From Emiliania huxleyi CCMP1516 (Eukaryota), in the NCBI RefSeq assembly GCF_000372725.1, contig NW_005201912.1:124001-188000 (forward strand): 64,000 nt of DNA. Reading direction: 5' to 3'. The first letter of the stretch is position 1. Each line of letters begins with the position of its first letter. This document shows, one piece after another, positions 1-12,892 of the stretch. The notes below the pieces were generated by a model. It searched no databases. It saw only the letters and a list, made by a program, of their open reading frames with translations, and was not told where the DNA came from. Made by a program: the position numbers and the translations under genes.

Positions 1-212
1 CACACACTACCTCGCCTACTTTGACGGCCAATAGCAGCTTCGCTCTGAGACTCCTTCCACCACTCTCTTCTACACCCGCTCTGAGGAGCTCTGCCCGACA
101 GCTGTCGCCGTCGGGATGATTCGGAGAACAGACGCAGCTGAGCCCTGGTGTCGAGGTGTCGAGGCCCGGTGTCGAGGGTGTCGAGCTGCTGTCGAGGGAT
201 AGAGGTGTCGTG

Positions 213-298
213 TGTCGAGGCCTGTCGAGGCCTGTCGAGGCCTGTCGAGGCCTGTCGAGGCCTGTCGAGGCCTGTCGAGGCCTGTCGAGGCCTGTCGG
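213..298. repeat. 10-bp tandem repeat (TGTCGAGGCC) x~8-9
   Basis: Near-perfect array seen directly; degenerate GGTGTCGAG copies extend upstream to about 147. Confidence 0.95.
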
Positions 299-394
299 GG
301 GGCCAAAATATGCCGCGAGGAGGGCAGAGCTGCGCTGAGGGAGGGTGTAGAGGATGTAGAGTGTAGAGCGCTGTAGAGCTCGGCAACCTTCTCG

Positions 395-1353
395 GTGACG
401 GTCACGATCGTGCTGCGCATGAAGATGGCCTACTTCAACGCGGTGAGCAGCGCGGTGAGCCCGGGGTACTCGACCCACACGCCTTTGACGCTCTGTCCCT
501 TCTCTAGGTGGGGGAGCTGCAGGTGTGTGCGCCGCACCCGCAGCAGGGACCGATCCCAGCCTTCGAGGGCTATGGGGAGTCGGACCTGCTGACGCAGGAG
601 GAGCTCAAGGAGGAGATCAAGCAGTCGATCTCCTTGATGGTGTCGGCCAGGCCGGCGTGGGGCAAGTACTTGGACCCGCGGCTGCTCACGGCGGCGCGAC
701 GCACGCCGGAGCAGGAGGCGGCGGCGGCGAGGCAGGAGGCGGCGAGGGTGGAGAGGCTGGCGGGGGGGGCGGAGGCGGAGGCGGAGGCGGACGAGGACGC
801 GACCCAGGCGTCCGCATTGCCAGCCAGCGTGCTGGCGGAGTCGGGCACGCCGCATCGGCCGTCGCAGGCATCGACAATCGTGCCATCGGCGCCGCAGAGC
901 GACATGACGGACATCGCGGAGCCGCAGATGCGCGCGAGTCGCTGCAAGAGCAGAGCGAGATGCACACAGCCTGATGGTGGAGGCTGTCGCCTCGCTGGTC
1001 GGTGGCCTCGACGCCCTCCGCGTGCTCCACACCGCCACCGAGGCTCACGTCGAGGAGAACCGCTTCGCCAACCCTCCTTCAGAGCTCGTGTTTGGGCGCC
1101 CAGCACAGGCAGCGCTGGGGGTCGAGCACTGCATGCACATGCACATGTGCATATGCGTTCCCAGGGAGGCTGTGTTGCACGGGCTGCTCGAGGGCACCGC
1201 CGCCATCGTGCGGGAGGTGAACACCGCCGGCAGAGCCTCGAGTACGTCCTGCACGCCGAGGCGGGCTCGAGCGAGCGAGCGTACCAGGGCAGCGCGGGCT
1301 CAAGCGCGACTGCGACGAACGTGGCCGGGCGCTGGATTGCCGTGTGTGAGTGA
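395..1353 (+). pseudogene. Fragmented gene resembling the N-terminal part of a haptophyte ADP-ribosyltransferase-like repeat family
   Basis: Coherent peptide pieces lie in shifting frames: EENRFANPPSELVFGRPAQAALG, EAVLHGLLEGTAAIVREV, LEYVLHAEAGSSERAYQG and (G)LKRDCDER. The sequence stops before any catalytic motif. Family assignment is from memory only. Confidence 0.4.
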
Positions 1354-1832
1354 GTATTCTTGATACGAAACCACGACGACACACACCAGTCGACTCGCAT
1401 CGGTTGCCTCCCATGAACGGCGGAGCTATTCTCGCGTCCACACCACACCTGGCTCCAACGTGGACACGCCCATAGCTGGGGACACTACTAGGTCACGCAT
1501 GGCATCAGAAGTTTTATCTCTGGGCCCCGAAAGGCATCTCTAGCAGCGTCGTTACGCATGCGCCCTCCCCTCCTGGGCGCATGCGCCTCACGTCTCGCCA
1601 GAGCATAAGCCCTTGGTGTGCGACGAGACGAGTTTTTCGCCATCGCAGCGAGCAGCAAGCCGCCCGCCGCAATGGCCGCAGCGTGCCGCAATAGCCGGAG
1701 GACTGGAGTGCCGAACCGGATTTCGGGCGTGGGCTTTTGCTCGCCTTCCAGGATTAAACCCTAAGAATTCTTTCTGAAGGCGGCTGCGAACATTTTGCTC
1801 GGCACGCGAGAGAGGTGGTCGTTGGACACATA

Positions 1833-3100
<1,268 letters not shown>

Positions 3101-3427
3101 GGATGCCACAACCCACGCCGCCACGCGCCCGCCCCTTGATTGGGCCCCACCATCCACCTTGGCCGGGCGCGTAGAGCTAGCTAGTGTGTGGCCAGCAGCA
3201 CCCGTCCCCCGGGGTGAGACGAGCAGCAGCCACCACGGTTCTCGGTTGTGAGGTAGATTGTGTGAAGGGTAAGGTAAGGTAAGGTAAGGTAAACTTCTCC
3301 ACACAGACACACACGAGGTGGTGGGGCAAGGGGGGGCAACCCTCGCGTCTCCACGTCTATGGTCTAACGACAGGACTCAGGAGCCCCACGGCATTCAAAG
3401 TGCAAGGCCCGTTGCGCGTGGGTGAGC

Positions 3428-3660
<233 letters not shown>

Positions 3661-3995
3661 CGTCACGTCACTGCATCCTCTGCCGGTTCCTCCCGTCGCC
3701 TCTTCTTTGTTCGAATATGTTTTTCAATCCATCCTTCACGAAGCCCTCCCATGTAGCTAGCGTTCTTTGCGAATGTCTCGAAATGGCCAGCAGGCGCTGT
3801 CTGCTCGCGGCCTGTGCGGGCCGCTCGTCCTTCCTCCTCGCCCTTCTTTCGTCCTCCCGTCCCTCCCCTCCACCATGGCCTCCTCGGCACTTCTTTCTCC
3901 ATCCGCCTCGCCTGTGTGATCTGTGAAGGGTTTGTTGTACGGAGCTTTATCCCTGTGCCGTGTGTGCGGCGTAGCTTGTGTGCAAGCTGCAACTG

Positions 3996-4758
3996 CAGCT
4001 GGGTCGTTGTGCGAGTATATGGGACACGATGTCTCAAATATGAGAGGTTTTGACTCCTACCGGCTCCTGACGCTATCCCTGGCAGCTCTAATGACCAGTA
4101 TCAGTAGTGCTATGATAGAGGGTGCCCATACTAGCGCAGGAGCTGCCACACTCGCCCGGACCGGCTCCCTCTGGGGCCGGTTCCGCAGCCCGCGAGAGCC
4201 GACAGCGGGGCCGTGCCGCGGGTGCCTACTGCCGAGTGCCACAAACACTGCGCCGTCCCGCCATCACCTACAGGCTGTCTTGTGTGAAGGTTGGGATGTC
4301 CAAACGCCACCATCTTGGCTCTTGCGACCTCAAACCCGCGAGCTGTATGGGTGGTCCTGACGGCGACAGACGCCCGATGACCACGGTGAAGCTGAGCCGT
4401 AACGAGTCGACAAGTCTCGTCTGAGCCCGTGGCGGTCGCCGGCTGAGTCGCTGTGCACGGGCCGGTACCTCAGGCGTCACCTCCGCAGCCTCAGGTCTCA
4501 CACTCCATCACCGCCGCCGGGACGCCGTCGGTGGCACGCTCGGCGGCGTACTTTCTGCAGCTCCATCTCGAGTACGGCGTCGAGCCTACTCACTCCTGTT
4601 GGTTCGGCACACTCGGTGGGGTCCACTGAGTGTGCCGAACGCGCGAGCGGTGCGTCCCGGCAGCGCGCGCAGGCTGCGGAGCTGCAACAAACTCAGACAC
4701 GCTTTTTTGGGACATTTTCGACGCTTTTGTCCCATATACTCGCACAACAACCCAGCTG
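3996..4758. mobile_element. Putative non-autonomous TIR element (MITE-like)
   Basis: About 31-bp inverted repeat: GCAGCTGGGTCGTTGTGCGAGTATATGGGACA at ~3996-4026 vs TGTCCCATATACTCGCACAACAACCCAGCTGC at ~4728-4758, 1 mismatch. No convincing ORF inside. Confidence 0.6.
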
Positions 4759-5116
4759 CCAGCTGGCGAGAGTGGCGTGTAAGGTGTATAAAGAGCCGTA
4801 TGCCGCGCACACACGCGACAGTGCCGACACGGACCGCACGGACCGCACAGGACACGCGCACATCGCGCACGCACGCGAGCGAGGGAGGAGCGGGAAGTAT
4901 GGGACACGCGCGGCGCTCCACACCTGACAACGGATATCGACTTTCTTGCTATCTTCTCCTGAACTATCCTCCGCTTTCGCGCTCCCCAACACCACTGGAG
5001 GTGTGGCACTCCCAATCAGTGCCCCCCCTCCCCCTCCCCGCCTTCCGGCTCCGGCGGAGGGGACTCGGAGGGCCAAGCAACCATATCTTCAATGCGCGCC
5101 GCGGACCCGAGAGCCC

Positions 5117-5352
5117 TCACTGCGCCGGCGGCGGAAGGAAGGCCACGAGCGTCGCGCCGACGTCCAGCCCGACCGTCGCCAGCGTCTGGTTCGGGTCCGC
5201 AAGCACCTGCGGGGAGGCGAGCGAGTCAGAGGCCCTCTTCCACGCTCACTGGCGCGCGCGTGGGGGGAGGGGGGGGGGGGGGGATGCTCCCTCGCATGCG
5301 AAGGCAGGAGCCCCACGGCTTTCGATGCGCAAGGGCCCGTGTGTGTGTGTAA

Positions 5353-5395
<43 letters not shown>

Positions 5396-5414
5396 TGTGT
5401 CTGTGTCTGTGTGT

Positions 5415-5507
<93 letters not shown>

Positions 5508-8176
5508 TGTGTGTGTGTGTGTGGTGTGGCGAGCACCGTTCCGTGGCAGAGCAACTTGAGGCGCCGCCCGGCCCAGCCCTGCGAGGGTGTGGGACGCAAG
5601 TGGTGGGCTTGGGCGAGCTGCAGTGGAGCCGGGCGGACGGCGGGAAGTGACTCGGAGGCGTCCGCGCACCGGCCGCAGCGCGAGCAATGCCGAGGTGAGC
5701 GAGCCGACCGTCTCGACCGCAGGGGGTCTCCCAGCAACCTCCACCGTCTCTCCCTGCAGCGTGTTGACCGCATAGCGGTGTGCGCAAGCGGCCGGCGGCG
5801 CCGCCGTCGACCCCGCCCCCGCCCCCGCTGCGCTCCTCGCCGCCGCCGCCGCCTCTTCCTCCGCCCGCACCGCCGCCAGCACACCCGCCGGGGGGGTGTA
5901 GGGCGGCTGGGGCAGCGGGCTCGGCTGTGTCGGCGGGGCGGCTGCGGCGGCGTCGCCGTGGCCGAGCGACGCGTTGAGGGGGCGGCCCATCGCCTGCAGG
6001 GTGGTGGGAGGGGGGGGAGGGGAGGGGAGGGGGGTCGATCTCGCGCAGATCTCGCGCAGATCTCGCGCAGATCTCGCGCAGATCTCGCGTGATCTCGCGC
6101 AGATCTCGCGCAGATCTCGCGCGATCTCGCGCAAGTCTCGCGCAGGACTCGCCTCGAGGAGGGGGCGCAGCATCTGCCCCATCGGAGACGCGAGCACGGC
6201 TCTCGGCAAGTCGAGTATATGCTGCGGGATTCCTGCACACGAGGGCTCCGACGCAGGCTCAGGAGGCAAGGGCCCGCCCCTTGGCAGGTCGGCGGTGTGC
6301 CGCGCTGTGCCGACGCCCAGCAGGAACTGCGCACACTCGTTCGAGAAGTGGTTGCAGTTGTTCTCGAGCAGCGAGTACGCGTCGGCGGAGAAGCGCGCCG
6401 CGCCAACCTCGTCGCAATACTCGTCGAACACCTCGTGGGAGGAGACGCTCCAAAGTTCGCCGAGGCTCTCCGAGGCTCCCCGAGATTGTCCGAGATCGCC
6501 CGACGTCAGCGTCGCCGGGGCTCCCCGAGATTGTCCGAGATCGCAAGTCGCGCCAGCACAAACCTCGCGCGGCAAACTGGTGCGGCCCAGCTCGAGAGTC
6601 TGGTGGACAGGCAAGCCCGAATGCGCGGTAAAGGCGCCTAGCGACGTGTCTCGGACATGTCCTGGACATGTCCTGGGCATGGCCCGAGAGCGCGGCAAGG
6701 CGGCAAGGGTTGCCGAGCGGCTCCCGCTGCACGCCTCCCGAGAAGTAGTACTCGCGCCCAAACACGCCGACCCCTGCAGAGGCTGTCCTCGCTTCCTTAG
6801 TGGGGCGCAGGGGGTGAGGCCTGCTCCCCTCGCCCGAAGACGCCGCCCGTGTGCGGTATGATCTCCACGTCGATGCCGAGCAGTGCCTGCGGAAGCTTCC
6901 GAGAAGCTTCGGGGACGCTTGCGGCGAAGCTCGACGGACTCGCACAGCTGCTTCGCGAGCGCCTGCGCCATGCCGCGCGCCGCGCCGCCCGACAAGTCGT
7001 ACACGTAGAGCACCACCGGCTCGCCTGCGGGGGGGGAATAATAATAATAACATAATTATATTGTTAAGACTATAAGAGCAGCACCGGCATGCCTGCGGGG
7101 GAGAGGCCCCGCGGACAAAGGCTCGGAGGGAGAGGAGCCCCCAACCGCGCGCAGCGCAACGCTCGCCCTCTCGCCTGCCCCGTCACCGGCGGAAGCAGCC
7201 GACGGCACAGCCGACGGCACCGCCGAGGCGGCGGGAGCGACCACCGAGGCGGCGGGAGCGACCGCGGCGGGCGGTGCTGCGGCCGCCTACGAGGAGAAGT
7301 CCGAACGCCTCCGGGGAAGAGTCTTGTGCGGCCTTATGGGCTCGTGCCGGCCGGCCGCCGCAGCCAGAGCCGGAGCCGAGGCGAGGGCGAGGGCGAGAGC
7401 GCGTCGGGCGTCGCCGAGAGCGACCGCGTCCACTCCCGGCGGTAGGACCATGCTCTCGCCCTCTTCGCGGAAGCCGATCGCCGCGAGGAGCGGCATGCCG
7501 TGCGCGGCGACGATCCGCTGCTTGACCGCCTCGTTGGACGCCTTGACGCGCCTGAGGCGAGCCGGGCCCGGGGTGAGAGGCGGCGGCGGACCTCTCTTGA
7601 TGACCTCGACCTCCCTTGATTACGCGCCGGAACTTGGGGTCGGCGGGCGATGCGATGACGTTGTCCACCAGCTTGAGCACCGTGCTCAGCGCCGTCCGCG
7701 CGGCGGGCGGCGAGTTGCGCCGCAGCACGTCCGCGATCGCAGCGTCGCACGCGGCCTTGTCGATGCCGGCGGCGGCGGCGTGCTGCTGCACGAGCGCGCG
7801 CAGCGCGGCCGGGTTGGCGCCCTGGAGAGCGCCGACCTGCACGGGGTGCACACGTACATCGGCGCCGCGGAGAGGAGCGGGTACACAGGGCACATCCAGC
7901 ATTTCCGGGGGTGCAGTGGCGCACCTCGCGCGCGCCGCGGAACACCTTGAAGGTCGGCATCGCCCGGACACCGCACTCGGCCGCGGTCTCTTGGTTCGCG
8001 TCCACATCCACCTTGCAAAAGATGGCCGCCGGGAACTCGCCCGCGAGCTGCTCGAAGGTTGGAGCGATTGCCCGGCAAGGACCGCACCACGACGCAGTGA
8101 AGTCGACGATAACCGGCGTGTCGCCAGCCTCGGCGAGGAGAGAGCGGAACGCCTCGAGCGTGCTTGGCTGCCGCAT
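5117..8176 (-). CDS. Multi-exon thioredoxin-PUB-PPPDE(DeSI peptidase)-ubiquitin-like fusion protein
   Basis: ATG at 8176. Thioredoxin VIVDFTASWCGPC. PUB domain STVLKLVDNVIASPADPKFRRVKASNEAV...LLAAIGF. PPPDE motifs VVLYVYDLS, GVGVFGREYYF and YSLLENNCNHFS. C-terminal UBL LKLLCHGT|VLADPNQTLATVGLDVGATLVAF, last exon 5206-5117. The PUB-to-PPPDE splice is inferred. Confidence 0.8.
6036..6142. repeat. Intronic 11-bp tandem repeat (AGATCTCGCGC)
   Basis: Direct observation, inside an intron of the PPPDE gene. Confidence 0.9.
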
Positions 8177-8438
8177 ACAATACCCAAGCCGACCTGCCGC
8201 CGTCCGCACCGCCTCCACCGCTCGCTCGCGGGATGTTCAGCGCGATACAGAGAAAAAGAATTGGAGGGGGCCTCGAGAAAAAGAAAGACGGTGACCCCGG
8301 CCTCGGGGCGGGGTGCGCGCTGTTGTGCCTCTGGTGCTCGTGCATCGCCCACTCTATCTATTTACATATTGGGGGCCTCCAACACAACTCAAGCAAGTGC
8401 CGAACACTCGCCTCGCGAATCGGCATGAGGCGCACACT

Positions 8439-8489
8439 ATGTCCATGTCCATGTCCATGTCCATGTCCATGTCCATGTCCATGTCCATG
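8439..8489. repeat. (ATGTCC)n hexamer repeat
   Basis: Direct observation. Confidence 0.9.
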
Positions 8490-9145
8490 TTGTACAACAA
8501 TGAGAGCGAGCGCGCAACAGTCCAACACATGTGCATGCACATGATACATGATGTGCATGTGCATATGTCCACGTCCACGCCCATGTCCAGTCCAGTCCTG
8601 ACCTATCCTATCCTACTCGGCCTCCAGCAAGACCCACACGGCTCGGAACGACCCCCACGGCTAAGAACCTGAGGCTCGGCCCAGGACGGAGCACCAACTT
8701 AGCTAAGAACCTGAGGCTGGGCTAAGAACCCGTGCGTTCTTAATGCCCGTCCGGAACTGTATGGAGGTACGCTCGGCGGCCCAAAGGGGTGGGGGTAGTA
8801 TGGTCCTGACCGCCCAAGACTAGCCCTCCCATACCCCCAAGCAGGTCTGCCAGCAGGCGGGGGGGTATGGTCTTGAGCAGTTGAGCTGGGTTGGCCGACG
8901 TACCATACCATACACACCCCGATCCTGGGGAACTAGCCGGGGCAGTCGGAGAAGGGGCAACTCCGTGCACTGACGGTCGGCCGCCAGAAAACACGCCTGC
9001 GTGGATCGCGTCACACCAATCCTCGCTACCCAACGCGGCCAAAGGATAGGTAGGTAGGTAAAAAGGATATCCACCTCGCACGAGAACCATACCCCGCAAA
9101 AAGTTGGAACCCACAGCGATTTGGCTTCGTCGAGCGTGTCCACCG

Positions 9146-9513
9146 ATGAGCGCCTCCACCGATGATCCCTTCGACGTCTTCGAAGGTCCGGCGAGCGATC
9201 CTTTCGACGTCCTTGGGGTTCCAGCAGCTCCAGCAGCGCTGTCTTCCGGCGAGTTGCCGACCCGCCCAAAGCGGCCGCGGCCGTCGCCGGTCTTGCCTCT
9301 TGTGCAGCGCTTCGTCTCGCAGCATGCGCGCACGACGTGCGCCGACCTCGAGGCGGCCGGCGACTCGTCGCTGGCGTTGCTGCTCTCCGAGGCTGCCGGC
9401 CACCTCTCTGCCGATCCGCCTGCGACGGAGCGCTGCCGTGAGGTGGCGGAGCGGGCGTCGGCTTCCGCGTGGGTCGCTCTGAGTGAGGAGAGCGGCAGCA
9501 GCGGCGGCGGCAG

Positions 9514-9545
<32 letters not shown>

Positions 9546-11523
9546 CGCAGCGGGCGGCCTTGTCGCGGGAGGCGTATGTCATCGCGCAGGTTCTTCTCTG
9601 CGCGAGCCGGCACGCCGCGGGCGACGCCTCCGCCGCGCTGCGCAGCCTCGACCGCGCCTTCATCGTCGGCGGCGAGACGCAGCTCCATCGCGACTGCGTT
9701 GAGCTCCTCGAGGAAGAGGCGACGCCGCAGCGCGCAGAGCCCAAGCCGCCGCTGCCCTCACGAGGGCTACACTCGGTGGAAGCGGCGGCGGCGGCGGCGG
9801 CGGCGGCGGCTGCGGCGGCGGCGGCGGTTGGCTCCTCCGGGCCGCCAGCGCCTCCGTCCTGCTCACGGCTCGAGAGGGTGCCGCCTCCTCGAGGCGACGC
9901 CTTCCGCGCGCTGCGGCGGCGCGGGCTGCCGCTGCTCATCGACGGCGTCGCCTCGGAGTGGGCTGCGATGCGCCGGTGCCGACTGAGTCGATGCACAGAG
10001 AGCAGACGCCTCGGGGTAGAGGGGTGGGCAGCGGGGGGCGGGGGCCTCCTCGCCTTGCGGCGCACAGTGAAAGGTGCTGGTTCAGTGGCCGGCCGTCGGA
10101 GTGTCCCCTCGGCCCCCGTCTCTTCTCGCCTCTTCTCGTCTCTTCTCGTCTCGCCTCGTCTCGTCTCGCCTCACCTCGCCTTGTCTCATCTCGTCTCATC
10201 TCGTCTTCTCTGCCGCCCCTGGCCCCACTGCGCCGCCGTGAGCCCAGGTGGGCCGACTTTTCGTGGCTGCGCGACGAGTTTGGGGGCCGGCTGGTGCCTG
10301 TCGAGCTTGGCTCGCTCGCCGGGGGCGGAGCGGCCGGCGGGGGAGGGGCGGCGGCGTGGGGCGAGCGGGTGTTGAGCGTGCGCGACTTCTCAGCGCTGTG
10401 ACCGATGCCCCTCCACACCACCAGCTGCGAATAGGTCATGAGCTTGCGCGATTTTCTCGACGCGCACGTGGCGCGCTCGCCGCCGCCACCCCTCGCCGCC
10501 GCCACCCTTCGCCACCACCCGTACAACCACAACTGCCCTCCACCACCCGCGCCACTGACTCCCTCACCGCCACCGCCACCCCACCACCACCACCACCACC
10601 ACCACCACGGCCGCCCTCTCCGCCTCCACCCTCGCCACGGCCGCCACCATCACCGACCCGCGCCTCCGGGATAGACGGCGGGCGGCGGCGAGGCGCGGAC
10701 TGGCTACCTTGCGCAGCACCCGCTCTTTGAGCAGATCCCGCGGCTGCGGCGTGACTTTCGCGTGCCGGAGCTCTGCACGGCGGGCGGCGGCTCCGTCCGG
10801 CGCGCACACGCGAGGAGGGCTGCCACACAGGAGCTTGCCGTGACCCTTCTCTGACCCCCGCCGGGAGCTGTCGCAGGCACACCAACGCGTGGCTCGGGCC
10901 GGAGGGGACGGTGACGCCGCTCCACTTCGACTCGTACGACAACGTGCTCACCCAGGCTCTCCGCGCCAGCGCGCAAGCCCACCGCTTCGGACGCCCCCCC
11001 CCCTCCCCCAAACACACACACACACACCACCACCCCTGCCTCGCCGATCCGACCTCCCCCCGCATGACGTTTCTTGGAACCTTCCCGCCGCAGGTGGTCG
11101 GCTACAAGCGGGTCGTCCTCTTCCCCGCCGAGCAGACAAAGTGGCTCTACCCAAAGGAGGCGGGCGGCGGCGGCGTCGACGCGCAGGGCAACGTGAGCGC
11201 CGTCGACGTCGAGGCGCCCGCCACACCCGCCACACGCAACCACGCCAGCAGTCGCCCCCGCCGCGTGTGCATCGTGTGGGCCCTTGGGTGGGCCTTGCGC
11301 AACCCGCGGGGGCTCTTGCCCGATGCGGCGGAGAGGCCGCTTCGCGGGGGAGAGCCCCGACTCTTGCCTCTAGGCGCCCGACCTCGAGCGGTTCCCCGAC
11401 TATGCGCGCGCCGCGGGCCTCGAGGCCGTCCTCGGGCCGGGGGACGGGCTGTACATCCCGGCGGGCTGCTGGCACCACGTGAGGAGCCTCACCGCGGCCT
11501 TCTCGGTGAGCTTTTGGTTCTGA
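9146..11523 (+). CDS. JMJD5: JmjC-domain 2-oxoglutarate oxygenase, JMJD5/KDM8-like (multi-exon)
   Basis: Motifs GYLAQHPLFEQIPRLRRDF, NAWLGPEGTVTPLHFDSYDNVLTQ|VVGYKRV and VLGPGDGLYIPAGCWHHVRSL...FSVSFWF*. The HxD...H iron triad is intact. Confidence 0.9.
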
Positions 11524-11680
11524 GTCTTGATAACGTCAAGACAAAGAGCCGCAGTCCGATTTCTTTTGCTTGTACTTTTAGAGTTTTTCCGGCTGTGCCT
11601 GTCGGTGGGGGTCCTTGCTCGCGCGGCTTCTCTCGCCTCTCGGCTGAACTCCGAACTCCGTGTCCGCCGGCCGGGGGGGC

Positions 11681-11764
11681 AAGAAAGAAAGAAAGAAAAC
11701 AGACAACTCAAGGGAGGGATGGGAGGACGGCACGCCGCCACCACACAGGGATTTTAAGGAGAGG
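11681..11764 (-). mobile_element. Family M retroposon 3' end with (TTTC)n tail, copy 1
   Basis: Near-identical to copies at 12589, 23783, 26097 and 50193. Confidence 0.85.
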
Positions 11765-11949
11765 GTTTCGCAGTCTCTCAGCAACCAACCAAAAATGCTT
11801 CGAACGCCAGGTGTAATTCTTTTTTTTTGTTTGGGGCGGACAGCATGACGGGGTAGGTAGGGTAGGTCTGGGCCCTCCCGTCGGGTTTTTCCCTCTCTTC
11901 GCGCCGGAATCTTCACAGCAGAAAAAGAATTTTTTCCGCCGAAATCACG

Positions 11950-12418
11950 ATGTCAACCCTCCCCAAGTGGGTGATCTGAGAGAGATTTTTATTAACCAAC
12001 GAGCTCTCCAGAAAACTGGTGCCTCATATGCTGCCTCCCTGCGGATGCTGCCGGCGAGCCTGGCGGTCCGCTGTACTACAAGGATGTGCTGACTCGATTT
12101 CTACTCGAATTCTTCTACCCCCACGACTCGGAACGCGAATGTGACAGGACCATCGGGTCCTTCAGCCTCCAAAGCGGGATCACTCGAGAGCAGCTGAGCC
12201 TGCCTCGGGCCTCGCCTCCCTCTCCTTCAGGCATTCGTGGCATCCTATGGGTCGTCCAGAGTATCGACCTCTGGCTTGTCAGTCGCGGTCACTTGATGAC
12301 CCCCATGAAGTACAGCGATCGCCATCTCGCTGGCCTCTCCGCAGGCCCCCCCGACCGCGTCGAACTCATCGGCGCGGGCTCTCTCGGCTACGGGACCGGC
12401 CCCAGCAGCTTCGGCTGA
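11950..12418 (+). CDS. Possible small hypothetical gene between two M copies
   Basis: ATG at 11950 follows GAAAAAGAATT. An open frame reads ENWCLICCLPADAAGEPGGPLYYKDVLTRFLLEFFYP...SSFG*. No domain recognised and the splice is uncertain. Confidence 0.3.
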
Positions 12419-12588
12419 GGGCTAACAAGCTGCCGAGCCCAAATCACTGTGAGAGTCGTTCGTGATTTCTTGGTGATCTGTCACTCTAGTTGGTAGAGTA
12501 CTCAACCTTCACCGCATCCGGATTTCTTTTTGTTTCCCTTAACTAGGGTATTTGTTTGTATCATGCTGTCCGCCCCACAAGCACAAAA

Positions 12589-12758
12589 GAAAGAAAGAAA
12601 GAAAACAGACAACCCAAGGGAGGGATGGGAGGACGGCACGCCGCCACCACACAGGGATTTTAAGGAGAGGTGTGTGGTGCGCTATCCGTCGCCCACCCTA
12701 GGGAGTCTGCCTCTTCCTATCTCTCTTCGCAGTCTCTCGCTGATTCTCGCTGCAATCT
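12589..12758 (-). mobile_element. Family M 5'-truncated non-LTR retroposon, copy 2, with 12-bp TSD
   Basis: TSD ACAAGCACAAAA at 12577-12588 and 12759-12770. The minus strand carries an ORF end [23 protein letters not shown], then a 3'UTR and (TTTC)n. Confidence 0.85.
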
Positions 12759-12892
12759 ACAAGCACAAAAAGAATACACCTGCGAACGCCAACTATTTTT
12801 TCCACGCGCGAAAGTTCCTGGTGGGCTGGACCTGTGCTTCTCTCCTCGCTGCCAGCAGCTGTCCCTCGAGTAGCCTCGGGCTATACCAGACA

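Noticed and set aside
8614..8902. MITE with GCTAAGAACC internal repeats
   Set aside because: The putative termini match only loosely and no TSD is evident.
9146..11523. JMJD5 as the oxygenase partner of the TAGT glycosyltransferase
   Set aside because: It is a conventional JmjC protein hydroxylase rather than a TET/JBP-family enzyme; proximity alone is not evidence.
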